Positions 39,901-55,400 of a DNA stretch of 64,000 bases are shown in pieces. This DNA comes from Camelus ferus. Taxonomy: Eukaryota. The DNA lies in contig NC_045697.1 of assembly GCF_009834535.1 (NCBI RefSeq), forward strand, positions 119,166,001 to 119,230,000, in the 5' to 3' direction. How positions within the stretch are numbered: position 1 is the stretch's first letter; every line of letters begins with the position of its first letter. The translations under genes and the position numbers were made by a program. The notes under the pieces are model-generated. The model did not search any database. It was not told the DNA's origin and saw only the letters and a list, made by a program, of their open reading frames with translations.

Positions 39901-42900
39901 CTCTCCACATGCTAAATTCTGAGAGATAAGTGTGTGTGAAAGCCGTTCTTCAACGAGATTGTTTGGAACACAAAGTTTCTTTTAAGTGGCAAACTCCAAT
40001 CCATACATATTTATGTAGAGGTATTAGCTCCAACTGTGTTTTACAGTGAAAACTGCAGGAACTTAACCCCGGCACTAGGAAACATACTGAGAAACCACAG
40101 TAATAGATTCTCCTGCAAACCCGTTCGCTTTGTGCTAGATGAACGAACGTCTCCCCACATGCTCAGTTCTGAGAGATAATTGTGTGTATAAGCCACCCTT
40201 CACATAACTTGTTGGTAACACAAAGTTTTTTTCAGTTGCAAACACCAATCCATACATATATATAGGGAGGTACTAGCTACAACTCGATTTTACAGTTATT
40301 CTGCAGGAAATTCAAACCGGCACTAGGAAACAGACTGAAAACTAGAGTAAAAGTTTCTCCTGCAAACCACGCCATTTGTGCAAAATGAACGAATCTCTTT
40401 CCACATGCTCAGATCTGAGAGATAAGTGTGTGTGAAAGCCGTCCTTCACCTAGCTTGTTGGGAACACAAAGTTTCTTTTCAGTAGCTAAATCCACTCCAT
40501 ACATATATATGGGGAGGTACTAGCTCCAACTCGATTTTACAGTGAAAACTTCAGGAACTTCCAACCGGCACTAGGAAACAGACTGAGAAACCAGATTAAA
40601 AATTTCTCCTGAAAACCGTTCTTTTTCTGCTAGATGAACGAAGTCTCTCCACATGCTCAGTTCTGAGAGATAAGTGTGTGTGAAAGCCGTCCCTCACATA
40701 GCTTGTTGGGAACAGAAAGTTTCTTTTCAGTTGCAAACTCCAACCATACATATATGGGGAGGTATTAGCTCCAACTCGGTTTTACAGTGATAACTGCAGG
40801 AACTTCAAACCGGCACTAGGAAACAGACTGAGAAACCAGATTAAAAATTTCTCCTGAAAACCGTTCTTTTTCTGCTAGATGAATGAATGTCTCTCCACAT
40901 GCTAAATTCTGAGAGATAAGTGTGTGTGAAAGCCGTTCTTCAACGAGATTGTTTGGAACACAAAGTTTCTTTTAAGTGGCAAACCCCAATCCATACATAT
41001 TTATGTAGAGGTATTAGCTCCAACTGTGTTTTACAGTGAAAACTGCAGGAACTTAACCCCGGCACTAGGAAACATACTGAGAAACCACAGTAATAGATTC
41101 TCCTGCAACCCGTTCGCTTTGTGCTAGATGAACGAACGTTTCTCCACATGCTCAGTTGTGAGTGATATGTTTGTGTGAAAGCCTACCTTCACCTAGCTTG
41201 TTGGGAACACAAAGTTTGTTTTCAGGTGAAAACTCCACACCATACATATATACGGTGAGGTACTAGCTCCAAACTGGTTTTACAGTAAAACTGCAGGAAC
41301 TTCAAACCGGCACTAGGAAACAGAATTAAAATCCAGAGTAAAAGTTTCTCCTGCAAACCGTTCACTTTGTGCTAGATGAACGAAAGTCTCTCCACATGTT
41401 GAGTTCTGAGAGATAATTATGTGTGAAAGCCGTACTTCACCTAGCTTGTTGGGAACACAAAGATTCTTTTCAGTTGCAAACTCCACTCCATACATATATA
41501 TGGGGAGGTACTAGATCCAAATCTGTTTTACAGTGAAAATTGAAGGAACTTCAGAACGGCAAAAGTAACAGACTGGGCAACCAGAGTAAAAGATTCTCCT
41601 GCATCCAGTTCACTTTGTGTTAGACGAACGAACGTCTCTCCACATGCTCAGATCTGAGTGATAAGTGTGTGTGAAAGCCGTGCTTCTCATAACTTATTTG
41701 GAACACAAAGATTCTTTTCAGTTGCTAAATCCAATTCATACATATATATGGGGAGGAGCTAGCTCCAAGTCGGTTTTACAGTGAAATATGCAGGAACTTC
41801 AAACCGGCACTAGGAAACAGACTGAGAAACCAGAGTAAAAGTTTCACCTGCCACTCATTCAATTTTTGGTAGATGAATGAACGTCTGTCCACATGATCAT
41901 TTCTGAGAGATAAGTGTGTGTGAAAGCCATTCTTCAACTATCTTGTTGGAAACACAAAGTTTCTTTTCAGGTGCAAACTCCACTCCATATATATATATGG
42001 GGAGGTACTAGCTCCAACACAGTTTTACAGCGAAAACTACAGGAACTTCAAACCGGCACTAGGAAACAGACTGAGAAAACAGAGTAAAAGTTTCACCTGC
42101 CAACGGTTCCCATTGTGCTAGATGAACGAAAGTCTCTCCACATGCTCAGTTCTGAGAGATAAGGGTGTGTGAAAGCCGTATTTAACCTAGCTTGTTGGGA
42201 ACACACAGTTTCTTTTTAGTTGCAAACTCCACTCCAAACATATATAAGGGGAGGTACTAGCTCCAACTCGGTTTTACAGTGAAAATTGCAAAAATTTCAT
42301 ACCGGAACTAGGAAAAAGCCTGAGAATCCAGAGTAAAAGTTTACCCTGCAACCCGTTCCTATGTGCTATATGAACGAACTTCTCTCCACATGCTCAGTTC
42401 TGAGAGATATTAGTGTGTGAATGCCGTACTTCACATAACTTTTTGGGAACAAATAGTTTCTTTTCAGTTGCAAACTCCAATCCATACATATATATAGGGA
42501 AGTACTAGCTCCAAATCGATTTTACAGTGAATCTGCAGGAACTTCAAACCGGCAATAGGAAACAGACTGAAAACTTGAGTAAAAGTTTCTCCTGCAACCC
42601 ACTCCATTTTTGCCAAATGAACGAATGTCTCTCCACATGCTCATATCTGAGAAATAAGTGTGTGTGAAAGCTGTCCTTCTAATAGCTTGTTGGGAACACA
42701 AAGTTTCTTTTCAGTTGCTAAATCCTCTCCATACATATATATGGGGAGGTACTAGCTCCAAATCGATTTTAGAGTGAATCTGAAGGAAATTCAAACAGGC
42801 ACTAGGAAACAGACTGAGAAACCAGAGTAAAAGTTTCACCTGCAACCGTTTCACTTTGTTCTAGATGAATGAACGTCTCTCCACATGCTAAGTTCTGAGA

Positions 42901-45900
42901 GATAAGAGTGTATGAAAGCCGTTCTTCACCTATGTTTTTGGGAACACAAAGTTCCTTTTCAGCTGCAAACACCATTACATATATATACATGGGGAGGAAA
43001 TAGCTCCAAATTTTTTTACAGTGAAAACTGCAGGAACATCAAACCGGTACTAGGTAACAGACTGAGATATCAGAGTAAATGTTTCTCCTGCAACCCGTTC
43101 CATTTGTGCTAGATGAACGAAAGTCTCTCCACATGCTCAGTTCTGGGAGATAAGTGTGTGTGAAAGCCGTTCTTCAACTAGCTTTTTGGGAACACAAAGA
43201 TTCTTTTCAGTTGTAAACTCCAATACATATATATATATGGGGAAGTACAATCTCCAACACAATTTTACATTGAAAACTGCAGGAATTTCATACTGGAACT
43301 TGGAAACACACTGAGAAACCAGAGAAAAAGTTTCTCTTGCAACACATTCCCTTTGTGATAGATGAATGAACGTCTCCCCACATGCTCAGTTCTGAGAGAT
43401 AATTGTGTGTAAAAGCCGTCCTTCACATAACTTGTTGGGAACACAAAGTTTTTTTCAGTTGCAAACTGCAATCCATACATATATATAGGGAGGTACTAGC
43501 TACAACTTGATTTTACAGTGATTCTGCAGGAACTTCAAACCGGCACTAGGAAACAGACTGAAAACTAGAGTAAAAGTTTCTCCTGCAAACCACGCCATTT
43601 GTGCAAAATGAACGAAACTCTTTCCACATGCTCAGATCTGAGAGATAAGTGTGTGTGAAAGCCGTCCTTCACCTAGCTTGTTGGGAACACAAAGTTTCAT
43701 TTCAGTAGCTAAATCCACTCCATACATATATATGGGGAGGTACTAGCTCCAACTCGATTTTACAGTGAAAACTGCAGGAACTTCCAACCGGCACTAGGAA
43801 ACAGACTGAGAAACCAGATTAAAAATTTCTCCTGAAAACCGTTCTTTTTCTGCTAGCTGAACGAATGTCTCTCCACATGCTCAGTTCTGAGAGATAAGTG
43901 TGTGTGAAAGCCGTCCCTCACATAGCTTGTTGGGAACAGAAAGTTTCTTTTCAGTTGCAAACTCCAATCCATACATATATATGGGGAGGTATTAGCTCCA
44001 AATCTGTTTTACAGTGATAACTGCAGGAACTTCAAAACCGGCACTAGGAAACAGACTGAGAAACCAGATTAAAAATTTCTCCTGAATACCGTTCTTTTTC
44101 TGCTAGATGAATGAATGTCTCTCCACATGCTAAACTTTGAGAGATAAGTGTGTGTGAAAGCAGTCCTTCAACGAGCTTGTTTGGAACACAAAGTTTCTTT
44201 TAAGATGTAAACTCCAATCCATACAATTATATGTAGAGGTATTAGCTCCAAATGTGTTTTACAGTGAAAACTGCAGGAACTTAAACCCGGCACTAGGAAA
44301 CATACTGAGAAACCACAGTAAAAGGTTCTCCTGCAAACCGTTCCCTTTGTGCTAGATGAACGAACGTCTCTCCACATGCTCAGTTCTGAGTGATAATTTT
44401 GTGTGAAAGCCTTCCTTCACCTAGCTTGTTGGGAACACAAAGTTTGTTTTCAGGTGAAAACACCACACCATCCATATATACGGTGAGGTACTAGCTCCAA
44501 ACTGGTTTTACAGTAAAACTGCAGGAACTTCAAACCGGCACTTGGAAACAGAGTGAGTATCCAGAGTAAAAGTTTCTCCTGCAAACCGTTCACTATGTTC
44601 TAGATGAACGAAAGTCTCTCCACATGTTGAGTTCTGAGAGATAATTATGTGTGAAAGTCGTCCTTCACCTAGCGTTTTGGGAACACAAAGATTCTTTTCA
44701 GTTGCAAACTCCACTCCATACATATATATGGGGAGGTACTAGATCCAAATCTGTTTTACAGTGAAAATTGAAGGAACATTAAAACGGCAAAAGTAACAGA
44801 CTGGGCAACCAGAGTAAAAGTTTCTCCTGCATCCCGTTCACTTTTTGTTAGATGAACGAACGTCTCTCCACATGCTCAGATCTGAGAGTTAAGTGTGTGT
44901 GAAAGCCGTCCTTCTCATAACTTATTGGGAACAAAAAGATTCTTTTCAGTTGCTAAATCCAATCCATACATATATATGGGGAGGAACTAGCTCCAAGTCG
45001 GTTTTACAGTGAAATATGCAGGAAATCCAAACCGGCACTAGGAAACAGACTGAGAAACCAGAGTAAAAGTTTCACCTGCCACTCGTTCAATTTTTGCTAG
45101 ATGAATGAACGTCTGTCCACATGATCAGTTCTGAGATATAAGTGTGTGTGAAAGCCATCCTTCACCTATCTTGTTGGGAACACAAAGTTTCTTTTCAGGT
45201 GCAAACTCCACTCCATATATATATATGGGGTACTAGCTCCAACACAGTTTTACAGTGAAAACTGCAGGAACTTCAAACCGGCACTAGGAAACAGACTGAG
45301 AAAACAGAGTAAAAGTTTCACCTGAAAACCGTTCCCAATATGCTAGATGAACGAAAGTCTCTCCACATGCTCAGTTCTGAGAGATAAGGGTGTGTGAAAG
45401 CCGTCCTTCACCTATGTTTTTGGGAGCACAAAGTTTCTTTTCAGGTGCAAACACCAATACATATATATATATGGGGAGGAAATAGCTCCAGATTTTTTTA
45501 CAGTGAAAACTGCAGGAACATCAAACCGGTACTAGGTAACAGACTGAGATATCAGAGTAAATGTTTCTCCTGCAACCCGTTCCATTTGTGCTAGATGAAC
45601 GAACGTCTCTCCACATGCTCAGTTCTGGGAGATAAGTGTGTGTGAAAGCCGTACTTCAACTAGCTTTTTGGGAACACAAAGATTCTTTTCAGTTGCAAAC
45701 AACAATACATATATATATGGGGATGTACAATCTCCAACACAGATTTACATTGAAAACTGCAGGAATTTCATACTGGAACTTGGAAACAGACTGAGAAACC
45801 AGAGAAAAATTTTCTCCTGCAACACATTCCATTTGTGATAGATGAAAGAACGTCTCCCCACATGCTCAGTTCTGAGAGATAATTGTGTGTAAAAGCCGTC

Positions 45901-48900
45901 CTTCACATAACTTGTTGGGAACACAAAGTTTCTTTTCAGTAGCTAAATCCACTCCATACATATATATGGGGAGGTACTAGCTCCAAATCGATTTTACAGT
46001 GATAACTGCAGGAACTACAAACCGGCACTGGGAAACACACTGAGAAACCAGAGTAATAGTTTCTCCTGAAAACCGTTCTTTTTCTGCTAGATGAACGAAT
46101 GTCTCTCCACATGATCAGTTCTGAGAGAAAAGTGTGTGTGAAAGCCGTCCCTTACCTAGCTTTTTGGGAACACAAAGGTTCTTTTCAGTGGCAAACTCCA
46201 CTCCATACATATATAAGGGGAGGTACTAGCTCCAACACGGTTTTACAGTGATAACGGCAGGAACTAAAAACCGGCACTGGGAAACACACTGAGAAACCAG
46301 AGTAATAGTTTCTCCTGCAACCCGTTCCCTTTTTGCTAGATGAACGAACGTCTCTCCACATGCTAAATTGTGAGAGATACGTGTGTGTGAAAGCCGTCCT
46401 TCACCGAGCTTGTTGGGAACACAAAGTTTCTTTTAAGATGCAAACTCCACTCCATACTTATATATGTGGAGTTATTAGCTCCAACTGTGTTTTACAGTGA
46501 AAACTGCAGGAACTTAAAACCGGCACTAGGAAACAGACTGAGAAACAACAGTAAAAGATTCTCCTGCAACCCGTTCCATTTGTGCTAGATGAACGAAAGT
46601 CTCTCCACATGCTCAGTTCTTTGTGATAAGTGTGTGTGAAGGCCTTCCTTCACCTAGCTTGTTGGGAACACAAAGTTTCTTTTCAGGTGCAATCTCCACT
46701 CCATACACATATACGGTGATACTAGCTCCAGAACGGTTTTACAGTAAAACTGCTTGAAGTTCAAACTGGCACTAGGAAACTGAATGAGTATCCAGAGTAA
46801 AAGTTTGTCCTGCAAAACTTCACTTTGTGCTAAATGAACGAACGTCTCTACACATGCTCAGTTCTGAGAGATAAGTGTGTGTGAAAGCCGTCCTTCACCT
46901 AGCTTGTTGGGAACACAAAGATTCTTTTCAGTTGCAAACTCCACTCCTTACATATATATGGGGAGGTACTAGCACCAACTCTGTTTTACAGTGAAAATTG
47001 CAGGAATTTCATAACGGCAAAAGTAACAGTCTGGGCAACCAGAGTAAAAGTTTCTCCTGCATCCCGTTCACTTTGTGTTAGATGAACGAACGTCTCTCCA
47101 CATGCTCATTTGTGAGAAATAGTTGTGTGTGAAAGCCATCCTTCAACTAGTTTGATGAGAACACAAAGTTTCATTTGAGTTGCCAACTATAATCCATATA
47201 TATATATGGGGAGGTAATAGTTCCAAATTTTTTTACAGTGAAAACTGCAGGAACATCAAACCGGCACTAGGTAACAGAATGAGATAGCAGAGTAAAAGTT
47301 AATCCTGCAACCCATTTCCATTTGTGCTAGATGAGCAAAAGTCTCTCCACATGATCTGTTCTGAGAGATTAGTGTCTGTGAAAGCCGTCCTTCACATAGA
47401 TTGTTTTGAACACAAAGTTTCTTTTCAGGTGCCAACCACAGTCCATAAATATGTATGGGGTGGTACTAGCTCCAAATCGGTTTTACAGTGAAAACTGCAG
47501 GAATTTTTTCCCGGAACCAGAAAACAGACTGAGAAACCAGAATAAAAGTTTCTCCTGCAACCCGTTCCCTTTGTGCTAGATGAACGAACGTCTCTCCACA
47601 TGCTCAGTTCTGAGAAGTAACTGTGTGTGAAACCGTTCTTCACCTATCTTATTGGGAACACAAAGTTTCTTTTCAGTTGCAAATTCCAATCCATACATAT
47701 ATATAGGTGGGTACTAGCTCCAACTCGATTTTACAGTGAAAACTGCAGGAACTTCCAACCGGCACTAGGAAACAGAGTGAGAATCCAGAGTAAAATTTTC
47801 TCCTGCAAACCGTTCAATTTGTGCTAGATGAACGAAAGTCTCTCCACATGTTGAGTTCTGAGAGATAATAATGTGTGAAAGCCTTCCTTCACCTAGCTTG
47901 CTGGGAACACAAAGATTCTTTTCAGTTGTAAACTCCACTCCATACATATATATGGGGAGGTATTAGATCCAAATCTGTTTTATAGTGAAAATTGAAGGAA
48001 CTTCAAAACGGCAAAAGTAACAGACTGGGCAACCAGAGTAAAAGTTTCTCCTGCATCCCGTTCACTTTGTGTTAGATGAACGAACGTCTCTCCACATGCT
48101 CAAATCTGAGAGATAAGTGTGTGTGAAAGCCGTCCTTCTAATAACTTATTGGGAACACAAAGATTCTTTTCAGTTGCTAAATCCAATCCACACATATATA
48201 TGGGGAGGAACTAGCTCCAAGATTGTTTTACAGTGAAATATGCAGGAACTTCAAACCGGCACTAGGAAACAAACTGAGAAACCAGAGTAAAAATTTCACC
48301 TGCCACTCGTTCAATTTTTGCTAGATGAATGAACGTCTGTCCACATGATCAGTTCTGAGAGATAAGTGTGTGTGAAAGCCATCCTTCACCTATCTTGTTG
48401 GGAACACAAAGATTCTTTTCAGGTGCAAACTCCACTCCATATATATATATGGGGATGTACTAGCTCCAACACAGTTTTACAGTGAAAACTGCAGGAACTT
48501 CAAACCTGCACTAGGAAACAGACTGAGAAAACAGAGTAAAAGTTTCACCTGCCAACCGTTCCCATTGTGCTAGATGAACGAAAGTCTCTCCACATGCTCA
48601 GTTCTGAGAGATAAGGGTGTGTGAAAGCCGTATTTAACCTAGCTTGTTGGGAACACACAGTTTCTTTTTAGTTGCAAACTCCACTCCAAACATATATAAG
48701 GGGAGGTACGAGCTCCAACTCGGTTTTACAGTGAAAATTGCAAGAATTTCATACCGGAACTAGGAAAAAGACTGAGAATCCAGAGTAAAAGTTTCCCCTG
48801 CAACCCGTTCCTAAGTGCTATATGAACGAACTTCTCTCCACATGCTCAGTTCTGAGAGATAATTGTGTGTGAATGCCGTACTTCACATAACTTTTTGGGA

Positions 48901-50200
48901 ACAAATAGTTTCTTTTCAGTTGCAAACTCCAATCCATACATATATATAGAGAAGTACTAGCTCCAAATCGATTTTACAGTGAATCTGCAGGAACTTCAAA
49001 CCGGCAACAGGAAACAGACTGAAAACCAGAGTAAAAGTTTCTCCTGCAACCCACTCCATTTTTGCCAAATGAACGAACGTCTCTCCACATGCTCATATCT
49101 GAGAAATAAGTGTGTGTGAAAGCCGTCCTTCTAATAGTTTGTTGGGAACACAAAGTTTCTTTTCAGTTGCTAAATCCTCTCCATACATATATATGGGGAG
49201 GTACTAGCTCCAAATCGATTTTAGAGTGAATCTGCAGGAACTTCAAACAGGCACTAGGAAACAGACTGAGAAACCAGAGTAAAAGTTACACCTGCAACCG
49301 TTTCACTTTGTTCTAGATGAATGAACGTCTCTCCACATGCTCAGTTCTGAGAGATAAGTGTGTATGAAAGCCGTCCTTCACCTAAGTTTTTGGGAACACA
49401 AAGTTCCTTTTCAGGTGCAAACACCATTACATATATATATATGGGGTGGAAATAGCTCCAAATTTTTTTACAGTGAAAACTGCAGGAACATCAAACCGGT
49501 AATAGGTAACAGACTGAGATATCAGAGTAAATGTTACTCCTGCAACCCGTTCCATTTGTGCTAGATGAACGAACGTCTCTCCACATGCTCAGTTCTGGGA
49601 GATAAGTGTGTGTGAAAGCCGTTCTTCAACTAGCTTTTTGGGAACACAAAGATTCTTTTCAGTTGCAAACACCAATACATATATATATATGGGGAAGTAC
49701 AATCTCCAACACAATTTTACATTGAAAACTGCAGGAATTTCATACTGGAACTTGGAAACAGACTGAGAAACCAGAGAAAAAGTTTCTCCTGCAACACATT
49801 CCCTTTGTGATAGATGAATAAACGTCTCACCACATGCTCAGTTCTGAGAGATAATTGTGTGTAAAAGCCGTCCTTCACATAACTTGTTGGGAACACAAAG
49901 TTTTTTTCAGTTGCAAACTCAAATCCATACATATATATAGGGAGGTACTAGCTACAACTCGATTTTACAGTGATATTGCAGGAACTTCAAACCGGCACTA
50001 GAAACAGACTGAAAACTAGAGTAAAAGTTTCTCCTGCAAACCACGCCATTTGTGCAAAATGAACGAACCTCTTTCCACATGCTCAGATCTGAGAGATAAG
50101 TGTGTGTGAAAGCCGCCCTTCACCTAGCTTGTTGGGAACACAAAGTTTCTTTTCAGTAGCTAAATCCACTCCATACATGTATATGGGGAGGTACTAGCTC
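33950..50200 (-). repeat. 13-monomer (~3.23 kb) HOR domain with length variants
   Basis: Marker ORF offsets are 40940/44168 = 3228, 41495/44723 = 3228 and 44723/47947 = 3224. The diagnostic GCCGTATTTAACC occurs near 34000, 37960, 42177 and 48627. Confidence 0.8.
39160..41140 (-). repeat. Recent tandem duplication of 4 monomers (~993 bp)
   Basis: The private variant TATAAGCCACCCTTC occurs at ~39195 and ~40188, and the following ~1 kb is almost identical. Confidence 0.9.
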
Positions 50201-52467
50201 CAACTCGATTTTACACTGAACACTGCAGGAACTTCAAACCGGCACTAGGAAACAGGGTGAGGAACCAGAGTAAAAGTTTCTCCTGCAAACCGTTCCCTCT
50301 GTTCTAAATGAACGAACGACTCTCCACATGCTCAGTTCTGAGAGATAAGTGTGTGTGAAAGCAGACCCTCACCTAGATTGTAGGGAACACAAAGTTTCTT
50401 TTGGGTTGCAAAGTCCACTCCATACATATATATGGGGAAGTACTAGTTCTAACCCGATTTTACAGTTAAAACTGCAGGATCTTCAAACCGGAACTTGGAA
50501 ATAGACTGAGAGACAAGAGTAAAAGTTTCTCCTGCAACCAGTTCCATTTGTGCTATTTGAACGAACGACTCTCCACATGTTCAGTTCTGAGAGTTATGTG
50601 TGTGTGAAAGCCTTCCTTCAACTATCTTGTTGGGAACACAAAGTTTCTTTTAATAAGCCAACTCCACTCCATATATATATAAGGGGAGGTACTAGCCCCA
50701 ACTCTGTTTTACAGTGAAAACTGCAGGAATTCCAAAGGGGCACTAGGAAACAGTTTGAGAATCCAGAGTAAACGTTCTCTTGCAACCCGTTCCATTTGTG
50801 CTAGATGAACGAACATCTCTCCACATGCTCAGTTCTGAGAGATATGTTTGAGTGAAAGCCGTCCTTCACCTAGCTTGTAGGGATCACAAAGTTGCTTTTA
50901 ATTTGCCAATTCCACTCCATACTTATATATGAGGAAATACTAGCTCCAAATTTGTTTTACAGTGAAAACTGCAGGAACTTCTTACCGGCACTAGGAAACA
51001 GACTGAGAAAACCGAGTAAAAGTTTCTCCTGCAAACCTTTTCATTTCTGCTAGAGAAAAGAAAGTCTCTCCACATGCTCAGTTCTGAGAGAAAATTGTGT
51101 GTGAAAGCTGTCCTTCACCTAGCTTGTTGGGAACACAAAGTTTCTTTTCAGTTGCCAACTCCACACCATATATATATATGGGGAGTTACTAGCTCCAAAT
51201 CGGTTTTACAGTGAAAACTGCATTGCCTTCTAACTGGCACTAGGAAACAGACTGAAAAACCAGAGTAAATGTTTCTCCTGCAAACCGTTTCATTCTGCTA
51301 GAGAAAAGAAAGTCTCTCCACATGCTCAGTTCTGAGAGTAAAGTGTGTGTGAAAGCTGTCCTTCACCTAGCTTGTTGGGAACACAATGTTACTTTTCAGT
51401 TGCAAACTGCAGTCCATACATATATATGGGGAGGAACTAGCTCCATGTAAATTTTACAGTGATAACTGCAGGAACTTCAAACCGGCACTAGGAAACAGAC
51501 TGAGAAACCACAGTAAAAGTTTCTCCTGCAACCCGTTCCCTTTTTGCTAGATGAACGAACGTCTCTCCACATGCTCAGTTCTGAGAGATAAGTGTGTGTG
51601 TAAGCCGTCCTTCACCTAGCTTTTTGGGAACACAAAGTTACTTTTAAGGTGCAAACTCCACTCCATACATATATATGGGTACGTATTCGCTCCAACTCTT
51701 TTTACAGTGAAATTTGCAGGAAATTCAAACCAGCACTAGGAAACAGACTGAAAAACCAGAGTAAAAGTTTCCCTGCCAGCCATTCCTTTGTGCTAGATGA
51801 ACGAACGTCTCTCCACATGCTCTGTTCTGACAGATAACTGTGTGTGAAAGCCGTCCTTCACCTAGCTTTTTGGGAACACAAAGTTTCTTTTCAGGTGCAA
51901 ACTCCAATCCGTACATATATACGGGGATGTACTAGCTCCAACTCGGTTTTACAGTGAACACTGCAGGAACTTCAAACAGGCACTAGGAAACAGAGTGAGG
52001 AACCAGAGTAAAAGTTTCTCCAGCAAACCGTTCCCTCTGTGCTAAATGAACGAACGACTCTCCACATGCACAATGCTGAGAGATAAGTGTGTGTGAAAGC
52101 AGTCCCTCACCTAGATTGTAGGGAACACAAAGTTTCTTTTGCGTTGCAAACTCCACTCCATACATATATATGGGGAAGTACTAGTTCTAACTCGATTTTA
52201 AAGTTAAAACTGCAGGAACTTTAAACCGGAACTTGGAAACAGACTGAGAAACCAGAGTATAAGTTTCTCCTGCAAACCGTTCCCTTTGTGCTAGATGAAC
52301 GAACGTCTCTCCACAAGCTGACTTCTGAGAGATAAGTGTGTGTGAAAGCCGTCCTTCACCTAGCTTGTTGTGACAACATACATTCTTTTCAGGTGCAAAC
52401 ACCACTCCGTACATATATACGGGGTGGTACTAGCTCTAACACTGTTTTACAGTGAAAACTGCAGGAA

Positions 52468-55400
52468 ATTCAAACCGGCACTAGGAAACAGACTGAGAAA
52501 CCAGAGTAAAAGATTTTCCTGAAAACCGTTCCCTTTGTGCTAGATGAACGAACGTCTGTCCACATGCACTGTTCTGAGAGAGATTTGTGTGTAAAAGCCG
52601 TCCTTCAACTAGCTTGTTGGAACACAAAGTTTCTTTTCAGGTGCAAACTACACTCCATAGATATTTATGGGGAGGTACAAACTTCAACTCGATTTTAAAG
52701 TGAAAACTGCAGGAACTTCAAATCGGCACTAGGAAACAGACTGAGAAACAAGAGTAAAAGTTTCTCCTGCAAACCGTTTTTTTGTGCTAGATAAACGAAC
52801 GTCTCTCCACATGCTCAGTTCTGAGCGATAAGTGTGTGTGAAAGCCGTCCTTCAACTAGCTTGTTGGGAACACAAAGTATCCTTTCAGGTGCAAACTCCA
52901 CTCCATATATATATATGGGGATGTACAAGCTCCAACTCGGTTTCACAGTGAAAAATTCAGGAACTTCAAACTGGCACTAGGAAACAGACTGAGAAAAAAG
53001 AGAAAAAGTTTCTCCTTCAAACTGTTCCCTTTTTGCTAGATGACCGAACGTCTCTACACATGCTCCATTCTGAGAGTTAAGTGTGTGTGAAAGCCGTACT
53101 TCAACTCGCTGGTTGGTAACACAAAGTTTTTCTTCAGGTGCAAACACCAATCCATACATATATATGGGGAGGTACTAGCTCCAACTCGATTTTACAGTGA
53201 GAACTGCAGGAACCTCAAACCGGCACTAGGAATCAGACTGAGAAACCAGAGTAAAAGATTTTCCTGAAAACCGTTCCCTTTGTGCTAGATGAACGAACGT
53301 CTCTCAACATGCTCAGTTCTGAGCGATAAGTGTGTGTTAAAGCCGTCCTTCACCTAGCTTGTTGGGAACACAAGGTTTCAATTCATTTGCAAATTTCAAT
53401 CCATACATATATATGGGGAGGTACTAGTTCCAACTAAGATTTACAGTGAAAAATGTAGGAACTTCAAACAAGCACTTGGAAACAGACTGAGAAACCAGAG
53501 TAAAAGCTTCTCCTGCAACCAGTTCCCTCTGTGTAGATGAACCAACGTCTCTCCACATGCTCAGTTCTGAGAGAAAAGCGTGTGTGAATGCCGTCCTTCA
53601 CCTAGCTTGTTGGTAACACAAAGTTTCTTTACAGGTGCAAACTCCACTCCATACAAATATATGGGGAATTACTAGCTCCAACTCGATTTTACAGTGAAAA
53701 CTGCAGTAACTTCAAACCGGCACTAGGAAACAGACTGAGAAACCAGAGTAAAAGTTTTTCCTGAAAACCGTTCCCTTTGTGATAGATGAACGAAAGTCTC
53801 TCCAAATGCTCAGTTCTGAGAGATAAGTGTGTGTGAATGCCGTCCTTCAACTAGCTTGTTTGGAACATAAAGTTTCTATTCAGGTGCAATCTCCACTCCA
53901 TACATATATATGGGGAGGTATTAGATCCAACTCGATTTTATAGTGAAACTGCAGGAAATTCTAACATGCACTAGGAAACAGACTGAGAAAACAGAGTAAA
54001 AGTTTCTCCTGCAAACCGTTCCATTTGTGCTAAAAGAACGAACGTCTCTCCACATGCTCAGTTCTGAGCGAAAATTGTGTGTTAAAGCCATTCTTCACCT
54101 AGCTTGTTGGGAACACAAAGTTTCTTATCAGTAGCAAATTCCACCCCATACATATATTTGGGGAGGTACTAGCTCCAAATCGGTTTTACAGTGAAAACTG
54201 CAGGAACTTCAAATCAGCACTAGGAAACATACTGAGAACCAGAGAAAAATTTTCTCGTGCAAGCCGTTCCCTTTATGCTAGATGAACGATCGTCTCTCCA
54301 CATGCTCAGATTTGAGAGATAAGTGTGTGTGAAAGCCGTCTTTCACCTAGCTTGTTGGGAACACAAAGTATCTTTTCAGGTGCAAACTCCACTCCATACA
54401 TATATATGGGGATGTACTAACTCCAACTCGGTTTTACAGTGAAAAATTCAGGAACTTAAAACCGGGACTAGGAAACAGACTGAGAAACCAGAGTAAAAGT
54501 TTCTCCTTCAAACGGTTCCATTTGTGCTAGATGAACGAACGTCTCTACACATGCTCAGTTCTGAGAGATAATTGTGTGTGAAAGACGTTCTTCAACTAGC
54601 TTGTTGGTAACACAAAGTTTCTTTTCAGGTGCAATCTCCATGCATACATAATTATGGGGCGGTACTAGCTCCAACTCGATTTTACAGAAAAAATGCTGGG
54701 AATTCAAACTGGCACTAGGAGTCAGACTGAGAAACCAGAGTAAAAGTTTCCCCTGCAAACCGTTCCCTTTGTGCTAGATGAACGAACGTCTCTCCACATA
54801 CTCAGTATTGAGAGAAAAGTGTGTGTAAAAGCCGTCCTTCATCTAGCTTGTTGGGAACACAGAGTTTCTTTTCAGTTGCAAACTCCATTCCATATATATT
54901 TAAGGTTAGGTACTAACTCCAACTCGTTTTTACATTGAAAACTACAGGAACTTCAAACCGGCCCTAGGAAACAGTCTGAGAAACCAGAGTAAAATTTTGT
55001 CCGGCAAACCGTTTATTTGTGCTAGATGAACGAACGTCTGTCCACATAATCTATTCTGAGAGATAAGTGTGTGTGAAAGCCGTATTTAACCTAGCTTGTT
55101 GGGAACACAAAGTTTCTTTTTAGTTGCAAACTCCACTCCAAAGATATATAAGGGGAGGTACTAGCTCCAACTCGGTTTTACATTGAAAATTGCAAGAATT
55201 TCTTACCGGAACTAGGAAAACGACTGAGAATCCAGAGTAAAAGTTTCCCCTGCAACCCGTTCCTATGTGCTAGATGAACGAACGTCTCTCCACATGCTCA
55301 GTTCTGAGAGATAATTGTGTGTGAATGCCGTACTTCACATAACTTTTTGGGAACAAATAGTTTCTTTTCAGTTGCAAACTCCAATCCATATATATATATA

